From positions 1-64,000 of the IMG/VR virus record IMGVR_UViG_3300050120_000158: 64,000 nucleotides of DNA; one strand, given 5' to 3'. The position numbers and the translations under genes are program-made. Below the pieces are notes generated by a model that was not told the origin of the DNA, made no database searches, and saw nothing but the letters and a program-made list of their open reading frames with translations. Below, one piece after another: positions 39,054 to 48,047 of the stretch; position 1 is the first letter of the stretch, and every line of letters begins with the position of its first letter. The DNA is from a virus.

Positions 39054-40364
39054 ATGTCCGAGTACCTTACTAAGCGGAATGGCTACTGGCATTTTCAGCG
39101 ACGTGTTCCCCTTGAACTAGCTGGGCTAGATAAGCGCGGCATCGTAAGGCACTCAACCAAGATCGCGGTTCGCGCAGATCGCAGGGGTGCCCGCGCTGCT
39201 GGCATAGCCGCTGGAATGAACCGGGAGCTAGAAGCGTATTGGCGCGGGCTAGAGGAAGGCAAAGCGCAAGAAGCTATAGACCGCTATACGCGCGCTAGGA
39301 AACAAGCCCGTGCGTTCGGCTTTGAGTATGTGGAGACGCCGCAGCTAGTCGAGCGGCCAAGCGCATACGTGCTAGAGCGGCTTGAGAAACTGGTTACCAC
39401 CAAGACTCTTGACGATGCGAGCGCGCGTACTGCCGTACTTGGGTATGAAAACCGCCCAGTGGTCAAGCTGTCGGAAGTGTTCTCTAGGTTCGAACACCAG
39501 ACCCGGAACGAAGTTAAGGACATGTCGCCGGATCAGCTAAGGCGCTGGAAGAACGGTTACAGCCTATCGATGGCCGACCTAATCACCGCGATAGGCGACA
39601 AAGACGTAACCGCTATCAGCCATACCGATATCCTCGATTACCTCGATTGGTTAGAGGGTCGCGTTGACGAAGGCGACATAATCCCAAAAACGGCAAACAA
39701 GTACATCGGTCGCGCAAGCACAATGCTCAAGACCATTAACCGCAAACTTCGGCTTGGTATACCTGATCTGTTTTCCGGCATGCGCCTTCAGGGCGGGAAG
39801 AACGAGGTTCGGCCACCCTTCCCTACCGAGTTCGTCCAAGATCGAATATTGGCCGAAGGCGCTCTAATGGGGTTGAACGATGAAGCCCGCCGCGCCGTGT
39901 TCTTGATCGCGGATAGCGGCTTACGTCTATCGGAAGCCGTCAACCTAAACGAGACCACGATTTTCCTCGAATGCAGTGTCCCATATGTGAAGGTAATGCC
40001 CGATGGGCGGCGAGTTAAGACGCCGGACTCAATCAGGGAAATACCTCTTGTCGGAACGGCCCTAGCTGCAATGCGGCTGCATCCTAAGGGCTTTCCGCGT
40101 TATCAGGATAAGGGAGCATCGTTCTCGGCATACGTGAATGGGTACCTTAAAGACGCGGGCCTTCGCCCTACCCCGAAGCATACCGTGTACTCGCTAAGGC
40201 ACACGTTCAAGGATCGCTTGATCGCGCTCAAAGAGCAGGATTCTATGATAGAAGCATTGATGGGGCACGCCGATGACCATCCTAAGTATGGTGCCGGGCC
40301 GTCCCTTGAATTGAAACTAGAGGTGCTTCAGCGTATCGCCTTCAGGCCGCCCCGGGTCCTGTAG
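39054..40364 (+). CDS. int: tyrosine integrase with DUF6538-like N-terminus
   Basis: YLTKRNGYWHFQRRVP; SGLRLSE; VKT; YSLRH; LMGH..KY. Confidence 0.92.
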   Translation: MSEYLTKRNGYWHFQRRVPLELAGLDKRGIVRHSTKIAVRADRRGARAAGIAAGMNRELEAYWRGLEEGKAQEAIDRYTRARKQARAFGFEYVETPQLVERPSAYVLERLEKLVTTKTLDDASARTAVLGYENRPVVKLSEVFSRFEHQTRNEVKDMSPDQLRRWKNGYSLSMADLITAIGDKDVTAISHTDILDYLDWLEGRVDEGDIIPKTANKYIGRASTMLKTINRKLRLGIPDLFSGMRLQGGKNEVRPPFPTEFVQDRILAEGALMGLNDEARRAVFLIADSGLRLSEAVNLNETTIFLECSVPYVKVMPDGRRVKTPDSIREIPLVGTALAAMRLHPKGFPRYQDKGASFSAYVNGYLKDAGLRPTPKHTVYSLRHTFKDRLIALKEQDSMIEALMGHADDHPKYGAGPSLELKLEVLQRIAFRPPRVL

Positions 40365-40543
40365 CTGTCGAGCAGCGCGAGGGCGCGGGCTTCGGTATCG
40401 CCAGCCGCACGCATGGCCGCTAGGTCTAGTTCCAGCTTCTCGAATATCGGGATGGCTTTCGGGCCGTCCAGCACAACCAGATAGGCCGCGACGGCTAGGC
40501 CCCGCTCAAGTCGTTCGATTGTCACGGGTTCGCGGGATTGCAT
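40328..40543 (-). CDS. small protein convergent with integrase
   Basis: ORF. Confidence 0.55.
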   Translation of the reverse strand: MQSREPVTIERLERGLAVAAYLVVLDGPKAIPIFEKLELDLAAMRAAGDTEARALALLDSYRTRGGLKAIR

Positions 40544-40612
40544 ATTATTGGCACGGTTCTTGCATGTATGGAAAATCTTGCAGGAACCTGCAAGGCGACT
40601 AGGGGAATTGTA

Positions 40613-40846
40613 TCACAACCTAGTGCCTAAGACCACCGCATCGCGGTCGTGTCTATCGATGATAAACGGGGTATGCCATACCGGATGCACGTCGCAGATA
40701 CCCCGCATCCGCTCCATATCGATTTCGCTGGCCGTGTCGCTATAAATCATCTTGAGGTATTCCGGCTCCGAACCCTCGTAATGCTGGTGGACGCAGAACA
40801 CGTAGCGCTGGCCCCGGTCGCCAATCTTATGCGGAGGGAGAGTCAT
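40613..40846 (-). CDS. hypothetical protein
   Basis: ATGA overlap. Confidence 0.6.
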   Translation of the reverse strand: MTLPPHKIGDRGQRYVFCVHQHYEGSEPEYLKMIYSDTASEIDMERMRGICDVHPVWHTPFIIDRHDRDAVVLGTRL

Positions 40847-41040
40847 TCGCCGTACCGCTTCTTTATTTCGCGAAGACCGCCCTCAATGGTATCGGTCGGA
40901 ATAAGGTCTAGGGCTATTGCTAACTCCCGCATATCCTTAGCGGCGATTATCGCGTCCGCCTTGTCCGGTTCGTGCTTCACTACAATTGCCGAGGCTTGGG
41001 CAATCGCTATGATACCCTGTGCAATATCTGCGATATTCAT
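40843..41040 (-). CDS. hypothetical protein
   Basis: ATGA overlaps. Confidence 0.6.
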   Translation of the reverse strand: MNIADIAQGIIAIAQASAIVVKHEPDKADAIIAAKDMRELAIALDLIPTDTIEGGLREIKKRYGE

Positions 41041-41378
41041 GTGAATGAATGTCCCAAGAGCCTAAGCGCGTTGCAGGTAGAAACCTCGCACTCGACGGCT
41101 TCTTCGTAACTGTCGAAGTACATAGTCTCGCCGTCGCCGTGACATTGTACGTTGCCGTTGGAGTAGAAGCAATCTACGCTGGCTGAGCCACCCGTACTCG
41201 TATCGAATAGTGGTCCCTTGAGCCATCGGATAAAGAACTTCTGTCCGTCGTCAGTAGGTAGAACCTCGGAGAGCCGTTCGATCTGCCGGTTCCCAAGTAC
41301 TCGGGTGTCGAAAACCTTGTCCTTAAGAAGGCTTTCGACCGTTCCGTCAGCGTGAAAGGCTACAACGAGTTTAGGCAT
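41037..41378 (-). CDS. hypothetical protein
   Basis: GGAG RBS. Confidence 0.6.
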   Translation of the reverse strand: MPKLVVAFHADGTVESLLKDKVFDTRVLGNRQIERLSEVLPTDDGQKFFIRWLKGPLFDTSTGGSASVDCFYSNGNVQCHGDGETMYFDSYEEAVECEVSTCNALRLLGHSFT

Positions 41379-41379
41379 T

Positions 41380-41877
41380 TCAAATACTCCGATTATTGAT
41401 TTGTTCGCTTCGTGTGGCCCATGTGCAATTGTCGAGATTATAATGCCCGTCGTTTTCCTTCCGTTCAATAGATAAATCTCCGTCAGGCTTTAATCCCATA
41501 TCCTCCAAGAAATTTTCGAATACATGCCAGCGCACACAAACGTAGATGCCGCGACCGCCATAATGCTTAAATCGATTGTGCTTAGGGTAATAGCAACGTT
41601 TCATCATATTCTGCCAAGCAGTGTACTCGACACTTTTGCCAGATTTACGAGCGTGACCATGCGTGGTTAAGCGCTCTACATTCGTGTCAATACGAAAACA
41701 ACCGCAGGATTGCGTATGGCCACTTCTGAGATTTGAGCCGCAAACTATGCAAATGGTTTCGCATTCACAGATGCACGTCCAGTAGATTTGCTCGCAAGAG
41801 GTATGCGCCCTTGCTAGTACGGTCAACCGTCCGAATTGCTTCCCTATTAACGGAATAGCTTGCCGACCGCGCGCCAT
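41380..41877 (-). CDS. HNH homing endonuclease
   Basis: FGRLTVL..CICECE..SCGC..YGGRG..SIERKENDGHY..NCTWAT. Confidence 0.88.
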   Translation of the reverse strand: MARGRQAIPLIGKQFGRLTVLARAHTSCEQIYWTCICECETICIVCGSNLRSGHTQSCGCFRIDTNVERLTTHGHARKSGKSVEYTAWQNMMKRCYYPKHNRFKHYGGRGIYVCVRWHVFENFLEDMGLKPDGDLSIERKENDGHYNLDNCTWATRSEQINNRSI

Positions 41878-41894
41878 GGTAGCTCCAAAAAACG

Positions 41895-42021
41895 TGCGCC
41901 GGATCAGGGCTAAGGGAGGCGTCCCCATACTGATCCGGCGCAATTGGCTAGCGATGGGATGCCCTCTCGCCGCTAACCAATTGGTGACCGGGGCGCAGTG
42001 TTACAAACAACGCTCCCGGTC
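41895..42021 (-). ncRNA. three tandem long hairpins, candidate structured RNA
   Basis: Stems 41895-41942, 41941-41983, 41986-42021. Confidence 0.4.
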
Positions 42022-42081
42022 CGCTGACTATTTAAGGAGTCATGCTTATCCGGTTGCCGCACACAGCCCTAGATGTTGTGG

Positions 42082-42612
42082 TCATGTCATCCAGCCATGT
42101 TCGACTGCCTTGGCATTGCCGAGTGTCGGCTCAAAAGCGAAAAGCTCTCCCCAACTCAGCTTCCCGTGGTTGATTTTCGCCGTCAAAGCGCGATCCATTT
42201 GGCGAAGTGCATTCATCGCGCTATCCGCCTGCTCTTGCGAACGAAACGCGAGCGCACGGTTATGGTCGGAGGTCCATTCAAAGGCCGCCGAGCCCGTCAG
42301 AACCTGTACGGCGAGGTATTTCGTCCCCGGCGCCTCGATAAGCCATCGGAAATCATCTCCTTGCGGCAGCCCCTCCACCATGTGGCGGACCATCGCGTCG
42401 GCCTGCGTTGCGTCGAAAAGATTGGTGCCGCTAGGCTCATGCTTCATCGGGTGAGGCGTATGCTCGTTGAACGCCGCCTTGAAGCTGATCCCGGCGTCGG
42501 GACTGAAATCCTCCGGAAGTTTCCAGCCAAGGAAACGGTTCACCATGTGCTCGATTTGCTTTTTCAACATCTGGTAGCCCTTAGCGTTTGTGTGTCGGAA
42601 CCGGATAAGCAT
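42082..42612 (-). CDS. hypothetical phage protein
   Basis: MVNRFLGWKLPEDFSPDAGISF..P.GTNL. Confidence 0.7.
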   Translation of the reverse strand: MLIRFRHTNAKGYQMLKKQIEHMVNRFLGWKLPEDFSPDAGISFKAAFNEHTPHPMKHEPSGTNLFDATQADAMVRHMVEGLPQGDDFRWLIEAPGTKYLAVQVLTGSAAFEWTSDHNRALAFRSQEQADSAMNALRQMDRALTAKINHGKLSWGELFAFEPTLGNAKAVEHGWMT

Positions 42613-42665
42613 GTAAGGAGTTAAAAGGACTAAACCCCGCGCCAGCGTTTGCAGGTTCCTGCAAG

Positions 42666-42863
42666 CTACCAGTTCTGGGCGACGGCCTGACCCTGTGACG
42701 CGGCGGCTTGATCGTCGTACTCGGGCTTGAGGTTCCGGGTCGCCGAACCGGCAAGCGCCGCTTCAATGCTGGCGGTAGCGGCAATACACGCATCGCCGGT
42801 TTCGCCTTCGACGTTGACCTTGCTGGTTCCGAACTTGTCGATGGTAACAATGATCTTGGGCAT
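42666..42863 (-). CDS. DUF2997-family protein
   Basis: IIVTIDKFG..VNVEG.TGDAC...T..IE.AL G....LKPEY. Confidence 0.8.
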   Translation of the reverse strand: MPKIIVTIDKFGTSKVNVEGETGDACIAATASIEAALAGSATRNLKPEYDDQAAASQGQAVAQNW

Positions 42864-42912
42864 TTCAGTATTCCTTGATGAATGAATTAGTGGGGCTGTT
42901 GGGCGACGGGCC

Positions 42913-43356
42913 TTAGGCGTATTCTGCCGTCAGCAAAATCTCGCCGTTCTTCCCGGCTTCGCGAACAACCTGATGACCGGCAAGGGCCATTTGCTTTTCC
43001 GTGACATGGACGCCGTACATCTGCACGAGCTTGGCGATTGCAAGCTTGTCGCGGGGTTCGCCCGGCTCAATCTCGCACGCCAGCACTGAACCATTGACCC
43101 CTCGGCCGTAGTTCATGTCGCCGTCGAACACCGGCATGTACGAACCGTCCGGCTGTTTGACGAGCCCAACGTCATAGCGCTGGCCGGGCAACTCGATGGT
43201 GTAGTCGCACGTGTTGGGCTGTCCCTCGTAGGTGCGGAACGTGCCGCTCTGCGAGAGGTTGATGCTGATCCCGCTCTGCTTCAGTTCCGCAATCGCGGTA
43301 CGGAGGCAATCGATTTCGGTGATTTTAACGTCCTTGATGATGGTATTGTGGCTCAT
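42913..43356 (-). CDS. DUF1257 (Ycf35-like) protein
   Basis: MSH.T.IK..I..CL..AI.EL; YDVGL...DGSY...D. Confidence 0.8.
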   Translation of the reverse strand: MSHNTIIKDVKITEIDCLRTAIAELKQSGISINLSQSGTFRTYEGQPNTCDYTIELPGQRYDVGLVKQPDGSYMPVFDGDMNYGRGVNGSVLACEIEPGEPRDKLAIAKLVQMYGVHVTEKQMALAGHQVVREAGKNGEILLTAEYA

Positions 43357-43363
43357 GGCACCC

Positions 43364-44002
43364 TCACTTGATTTTGATGTTACGCCGGGATGGCGAACGA
43401 TTGATCTTGATCTGGCCCTTTTCGGTTTCGACGGTTTTAACGGAAACGACGGGCCTCTTTCTCGTTTCCGCTTCTACGATTACCGTCTGGAAGAATTCAT
43501 CGGGCTCCCAGTTGTATTGATCGACCCTGCTAAGGTCGAACGTATATCCGAGTATATCGAATTGATCGGGCGGCACAATATCGAAACGCCCCTCAATAAT
43601 CCCGCTAGCCATCGTGGCATTCGGGTTCTCGGTGAAGGGAATGACAAGGCGACAAAGCGCCGCCTCGTCTCGCATGAGTAGCACAAACAGACCTGTATCA
43701 TACGTTAGATCGCTTCCCTTCTTGCGTTCGATCTTGACGGTTACGCATGCACCCTCTTGGAGAGTGTACCGGCCTGTGACCCATACGCCGTGGTTGCGGT
43801 TCCGCTGGCCTGCCGGTATCTGATCGGAGCGCCCGATTTCAGCAACCTCGTTCTCTGCTCGACGCGATGCCTGCTGTAGCGGGGTATCGGTAAAGCCGGG
43901 CCTACGTCGATAGAATTGCGCGACCTTGACCGTACCGGCATACAGAGCGCCGCCGTTAGCGGCACTGAAACTCTCCATACCTGATATTACGCCTAAAATC
44001 AT
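43364..44002 (-). CDS. hypothetical protein
   Basis: GGAG RBS; ORF. Confidence 0.65.
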   Translation of the reverse strand: MILGVISGMESFSAANGGALYAGTVKVAQFYRRRPGFTDTPLQQASRRAENEVAEIGRSDQIPAGQRNRNHGVWVTGRYTLQEGACVTVKIERKKGSDLTYDTGLFVLLMRDEAALCRLVIPFTENPNATMASGIIEGRFDIVPPDQFDILGYTFDLSRVDQYNWEPDEFFQTVIVEAETRKRPVVSVKTVETEKGQIKINRSPSRRNIKIK

Positions 44003-44061
44003 TTGGTGGCTCCGTATAAAGTCGTTGCACGCTGCCGGATGCTAGAACGCCCGGCAAGCGG

Positions 44062-44574
44062 TTACAAGTTAATTCGGCTTCCCTTGTTAGCCCCTTGCTC
44101 CGCGTTGGTCGCCCATCGACAGTTTAGCTTCTCATAATTACCGTCTGTGTTGGGATAACGATCAAGCGTTTTACCGGCAGGCCGATTACCCATGTCGTGT
44201 AAAAAGTTCTCGAAATCGAACCAACGCGGGCAAACACTAATACCGCGAGCGCCATACCGGTAATACCTATTGTTATTTTTGTCATAGCACCTCGAATGCA
44301 TCGCCATCCAACTTCTAAACGTCCCGGTAGGGTAGATGCCTTGCTTACGTCCAACACTGTGTCCGTGCGTAGTTTGCACAACCCTTGCACGATCCACTTG
44401 TAAACACTTGCAAGATTGGGTATGGCCGCTGCGCAAATTGTCGGTCTGCACAACAATTAGAGTTCCGCAATCGCACAGGCAATTCCACTGTGTTTTTCCG
44501 TTTTTATTGGCCGCTGCACCCTGAACAAGCAATCTGGTAAAACGGTGGCCAGCAAGGTTTACTTTGGCTATCAA
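44062..44574 (-). CDS. HNH homing endonuclease
   Basis: WNCLCDCG..SCKC..YGARG..TLDR..DGNYEKLNCRWAT. Confidence 0.88.
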   Translation of the reverse strand: MIAKVNLAGHRFTRLLVQGAAANKNGKTQWNCLCDCGTLIVVQTDNLRSGHTQSCKCLQVDRARVVQTTHGHSVGRKQGIYPTGTFRSWMAMHSRCYDKNNNRYYRYGARGISVCPRWFDFENFLHDMGNRPAGKTLDRYPNTDGNYEKLNCRWATNAEQGANKGSRINL

Positions 44575-44912
44575 TACGGAACCCCATTCTTGATGATCTG
44601 AGTAACCGTTTTCCGACCATCCTTATCGACCATGACCATTTCGACGTTATGCCCGGTCATCACCGAATGCATCAAACGAATTGCACGTTTGATCGTTTCG
44701 GATTTGTCAGCCTCGATAATGCCCATGACTTCCTCAAGCATCAAGGTATGGTTCGCGGGCATACGAACCGTGATGCTCTTGGGTGGTGTCTTGTCCGCTG
44801 GTGGTGTTGGGTCAGCGGCCATTATTTTAGCTACCGCCACCATTGGCTTGAACCCCGACGACTTATTCAGTTGTGGAACGGTGAGCGGACGAACAGGCAG
44901 TTTCAGAACCAT
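44571..44912 (-). CDS. ribbon-helix-helix (CopG-like) DNA-binding protein
   Basis: KSITVRMP...LEEVM....DKSETIKRAIR. Confidence 0.7.
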   Translation of the reverse strand: MVLKLPVRPLTVPQLNKSSGFKPMVAVAKIMAADPTPPADKTPPKSITVRMPANHTLMLEEVMGIIEADKSETIKRAIRLMHSVMTGHNVEMVMVDKDGRKTVTQIIKNGVPY

Positions 44913-44953
44913 AGTATTATTCCCTTGTGAGTTGTTTGCAGGTTCCTGCAAGT

Positions 44954-46717
44954 CTAGCCGTCGAGACCCTTACCCTTCGACGGCTTGGCAGGCATATTGA
45001 TCCGACGCGCGCCGGGCAGTGCCCCTGCCTTAACCGGCAAAGTCTTGGGCGGTGCAACGCCGTCAAAGTGCATTCCAGATGACGCTGGCTTGGCGTTGTT
45101 CTTGGCCCATTCGTGCATGGCCTGCACTCGATCCGGGAAAGCATCGTGCAGCGGACGGATAGCTTTGGCCTCGTCCAAGAACACTTTGACGCCGGGCTTT
45201 TTCTGCTTGAGGTTGAAGCTCTCAAGCAACCCGGTCTTGACGAGTTCTTCAAGCTCCGCGCCGACGAAGTGATCCGTCGCCATGGCGATAGCGTTGATAT
45301 CCTCGCCGCTCAACGAGTTTTCGTGGCCCCGGTTCTTGAGGTGGATTTTGATGATTTCTTCGCGTTCTTCGACCGAAGGGAACGTAACAGCGAAGATTTC
45401 ATCGAGCCGCCCCTTTCGCATAAGCTCCGGGGGAAGACCCGTCACGTTATTGGCAGTCATAACGACGAAAACGGGGTACTTTTCGCTGTCCCTATCCTGC
45501 ATCCACGAAAGGAAGCTACCGAATACACGCATGCCCACGCCCCCGTCACCGGCTGCGCCGTTCATGCCCCCGAATGCCTTGTCCACTTCGTCAAGCAGCA
45601 AGACGCAAGGGGCCATGCTTTCGATCATAACGAGGGCTTGTCGCATCCGGCCCTCGCTCTCGCCGATGAACTTGCCGAAGATTTTCCCGATATCGAATTT
45701 GACGAGCGGGACAAGCAGCGTGCTTGCCGTAGCCTTGGCGACGAGCGACTTTCCGCCGCCCGGGGGGCCAACGCACATGAAGCCCCTCGGAACTTCTACG
45801 CCGTAGCCCTTAGCTTCCGGCGAATAGGCATTGACCCGCTTTTTGAGCCACGCCTTGAGCAAGTCGAGACCGCCAACGTCCGACATATTCCGGGGCTGCA
45901 TCAATTCGAGAATGTCTGTCTTCTTGATCGCTTCGGTCTTGTGCTTGAGAACAACCTTGATGTAGTCGTCGGGATGCTGCTCGCCGTCCTCCCGAGTTTC
46001 GATTACGTTCTGGGTTTCAACGATACCGAGCGCCAGCGCCGTCTCGAATTCGTTGATCGTCATGCCGACCGCGTTCTGCACGATGGTATCGATCTGCCCC
46101 GCATCGAAATCCGGCTGGGCGCTGTCCTCGATGCTGTCCATGGTCTGCTGATAGCAGTCCAAGAGTTCGGCATGGGACGGCGGACGAAAATCCATGACGT
46201 GAATATCGTCCTCAAGCTCAATCGGTATTTTGACGTTCTCAGGAACGAGAAACACCAACCGGTGATCGTGTTCTCGGGCCTTAGCAACGAAGTCTCGAAT
46301 GTCCTGCTGGATCATCGCCTTGTCGAAGTGGAAGTGCAGATGGTGCAGCACAAAGATCGCCGGGGCCGTTTCCTTTATGGCAAACTCAAGGGCCATGTGA
46401 ACGTCGATAGTCCGTTCGATAGGGCCTCCTACCGGCTTTGCGATATCAATCCCATCCGTCAAACCGGCTGACGGGTCGGGAAACCGTTGCCAACCCTTGT
46501 TGCAGGTCCACATGAGGAATTGGACCGTTTTCTCGACGCTGATATCCTGAATGCAAGACGCCGCCCGTACAAGTTCCCGGGTACGAATGGCATAAACACC
46601 GATAGCAGCATTCGAGTTTTGCTTGAACTCGGTTTTGAAAAGGTCCGCGTTTTTGATTTCGCGGGTTTCGGCAGTGGTCATAAGCACGGGCATCACAAAG
46701 CTCCGATTTGAGGGCAT
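44954..46717 (-). CDS. Ycf46-like AAA+ ATPase
   Basis: DVGGLDLLKAWL; GPPGGGKS; LDEVDK; TAN..LPPELMRKGRLDEIF; degenerate first AAA domain. Confidence 0.9.
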   Translation of the reverse strand: MPSNRSFVMPVLMTTAETREIKNADLFKTEFKQNSNAAIGVYAIRTRELVRAASCIQDISVEKTVQFLMWTCNKGWQRFPDPSAGLTDGIDIAKPVGGPIERTIDVHMALEFAIKETAPAIFVLHHLHFHFDKAMIQQDIRDFVAKAREHDHRLVFLVPENVKIPIELEDDIHVMDFRPPSHAELLDCYQQTMDSIEDSAQPDFDAGQIDTIVQNAVGMTINEFETALALGIVETQNVIETREDGEQHPDDYIKVVLKHKTEAIKKTDILELMQPRNMSDVGGLDLLKAWLKKRVNAYSPEAKGYGVEVPRGFMCVGPPGGGKSLVAKATASTLLVPLVKFDIGKIFGKFIGESEGRMRQALVMIESMAPCVLLLDEVDKAFGGMNGAAGDGGVGMRVFGSFLSWMQDRDSEKYPVFVVMTANNVTGLPPELMRKGRLDEIFAVTFPSVEEREEIIKIHLKNRGHENSLSGEDINAIAMATDHFVGAELEELVKTGLLESFNLKQKKPGVKVFLDEAKAIRPLHDAFPDRVQAMHEWAKNNAKPASSGMHFDGVAPPKTLPVKAGALPGARRINMPAKPSKGKGLDG

Positions 46718-46728
46718 CCAATGGGGCG

Positions 46729-46757
46729 AGTATAGGCCCGGCTGTCTTACGCCGCAA
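46729..46757 (-). promoter_or_regulatory. sigma70-like promoter
   Basis: TTGCGG-N17-TATACT. Confidence 0.5.
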
Positions 46758-46775
46758 GCAAAAAATCTGCGATAA

Positions 46776-47585
46776 CTAGCGCGGAATGGTTATCTTGCGC
46801 CTTGGGCGGTAAGACGCTTGCTCCGGTTTAGCCTGTTTATCCTGCTTGGGTCCATCCCAGTGGGTGCCGCCTGTCCACAGCTCGTTTGCAGGTTCCTGCA
46901 ACGGTCTCACGACTAGCGTTACCTCAAACGATCCGCTGGGCATCTCTTGGATACTCTGGACCAGAACCGGGAGACCGTTATAAACGATAGTTGCCCCTAT
47001 CTGATAGGAAACCAACTCAAATTCCTGCGCTAGGTGTAAGAACGTCGCCCCTTCTGGGTAGGGTGGTGGGGGCTGCTCACGAACACAAACTATATTGAAT
47101 ACACCGGTAGCTTGCTGCACGCAAGCAGACACAAACCACTGCTCCCCTACTCCGTCGCGCTCTATAGTAACAGCATCCCCAATCCTCATTGACTGCGTAG
47201 CGTGGAAATCAAGTCGTTCCGTTATAGGAACAGTAAACGATGAATAGGTATACTGGGGTTCGGGGATCAGGCCCCCAAGGAGTGCCGCCGAAAGTCTATC
47301 AGCAGCCTCGCGCATCGCGCTATCTAGCCCCGGCGAATGTATCTCGGCAATTTCTTCGATAGTCCTCGTCTCATGGTCGATCCGGCGCACCGACATAGTT
47401 ACCGGAACTATCTCGCAGGGAGCATCAAGGTAGCGCCGATACTCCGCTAGGGATGTTTCGTCTAGCTCCTGTCCGGGTAACGTCCGCGTAACCATGTCAC
47501 GAAATGCATCAACCGGATGGGTGACGCTCCAATCCTCCCACGGGATAAATCGAGGGTTATTATCGCTTTCATCCTCTGGCGGCAT
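46776..47585 (-). CDS. hypothetical protein
   Basis: ORF. Confidence 0.6.
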   Translation of the reverse strand: MPPEDESDNNPRFIPWEDWSVTHPVDAFRDMVTRTLPGQELDETSLAEYRRYLDAPCEIVPVTMSVRRIDHETRTIEEIAEIHSPGLDSAMREAADRLSAALLGGLIPEPQYTYSSFTVPITERLDFHATQSMRIGDAVTIERDGVGEQWFVSACVQQATGVFNIVCVREQPPPPYPEGATFLHLAQEFELVSYQIGATIVYNGLPVLVQSIQEMPSGSFEVTLVVRPLQEPANELWTGGTHWDGPKQDKQAKPEQASYRPRRKITIPR

Positions 47586-47735
47586 AACTACATCCCAATA
47601 TGGCTAGGGCGGAAATCGACCACACGCCCATGGGGTCAATTCCCGCCCTTTTCACTGCCCGACTTCACGAGGCTGCTACCATTGCTGGTAGGAACAATAC
47701 TATACCTATAACCGATTTTGTGTCAAGTCGCCGGT

Positions 47736-48038
47736 TTAGGTAATAATGCTGGTTCCGTCCGGTAGCTCACGGCTGATCCGGTCGGTGGCGATATATTGAT
47801 CTGCCGGGCTTTTACGACAAGGGCCGTTGTCATACCGCGCAGTATAGGGGACGCCCGGGTTGATATGTTTCAGAACTGCCGCGAGTTGCTCTGCCTGCTT
47901 CGGATTGCGGATACAGAAGGCGCAAGGGCGCTCGCCGCTGGGGCCTGACGGATATGCAACGCCGCCCGCACTGTGTCCGCAGCCGTAACAGACGAGCGGC
48001 GCACCTTCTTTATCTTTCACTACGTTAGCGTGATCCAT
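47736..48038 (-). CDS. Zn-binding hypothetical protein
   Basis: CYGC..CAFC. Confidence 0.6.
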   Translation of the reverse strand: MDHANVVKDKEGAPLVCYGCGHSAGGVAYPSGPSGERPCAFCIRNPKQAEQLAAVLKHINPGVPYTARYDNGPCRKSPADQYIATDRISRELPDGTSIIT

Positions 48039-48047
48039 CTATGTTTC

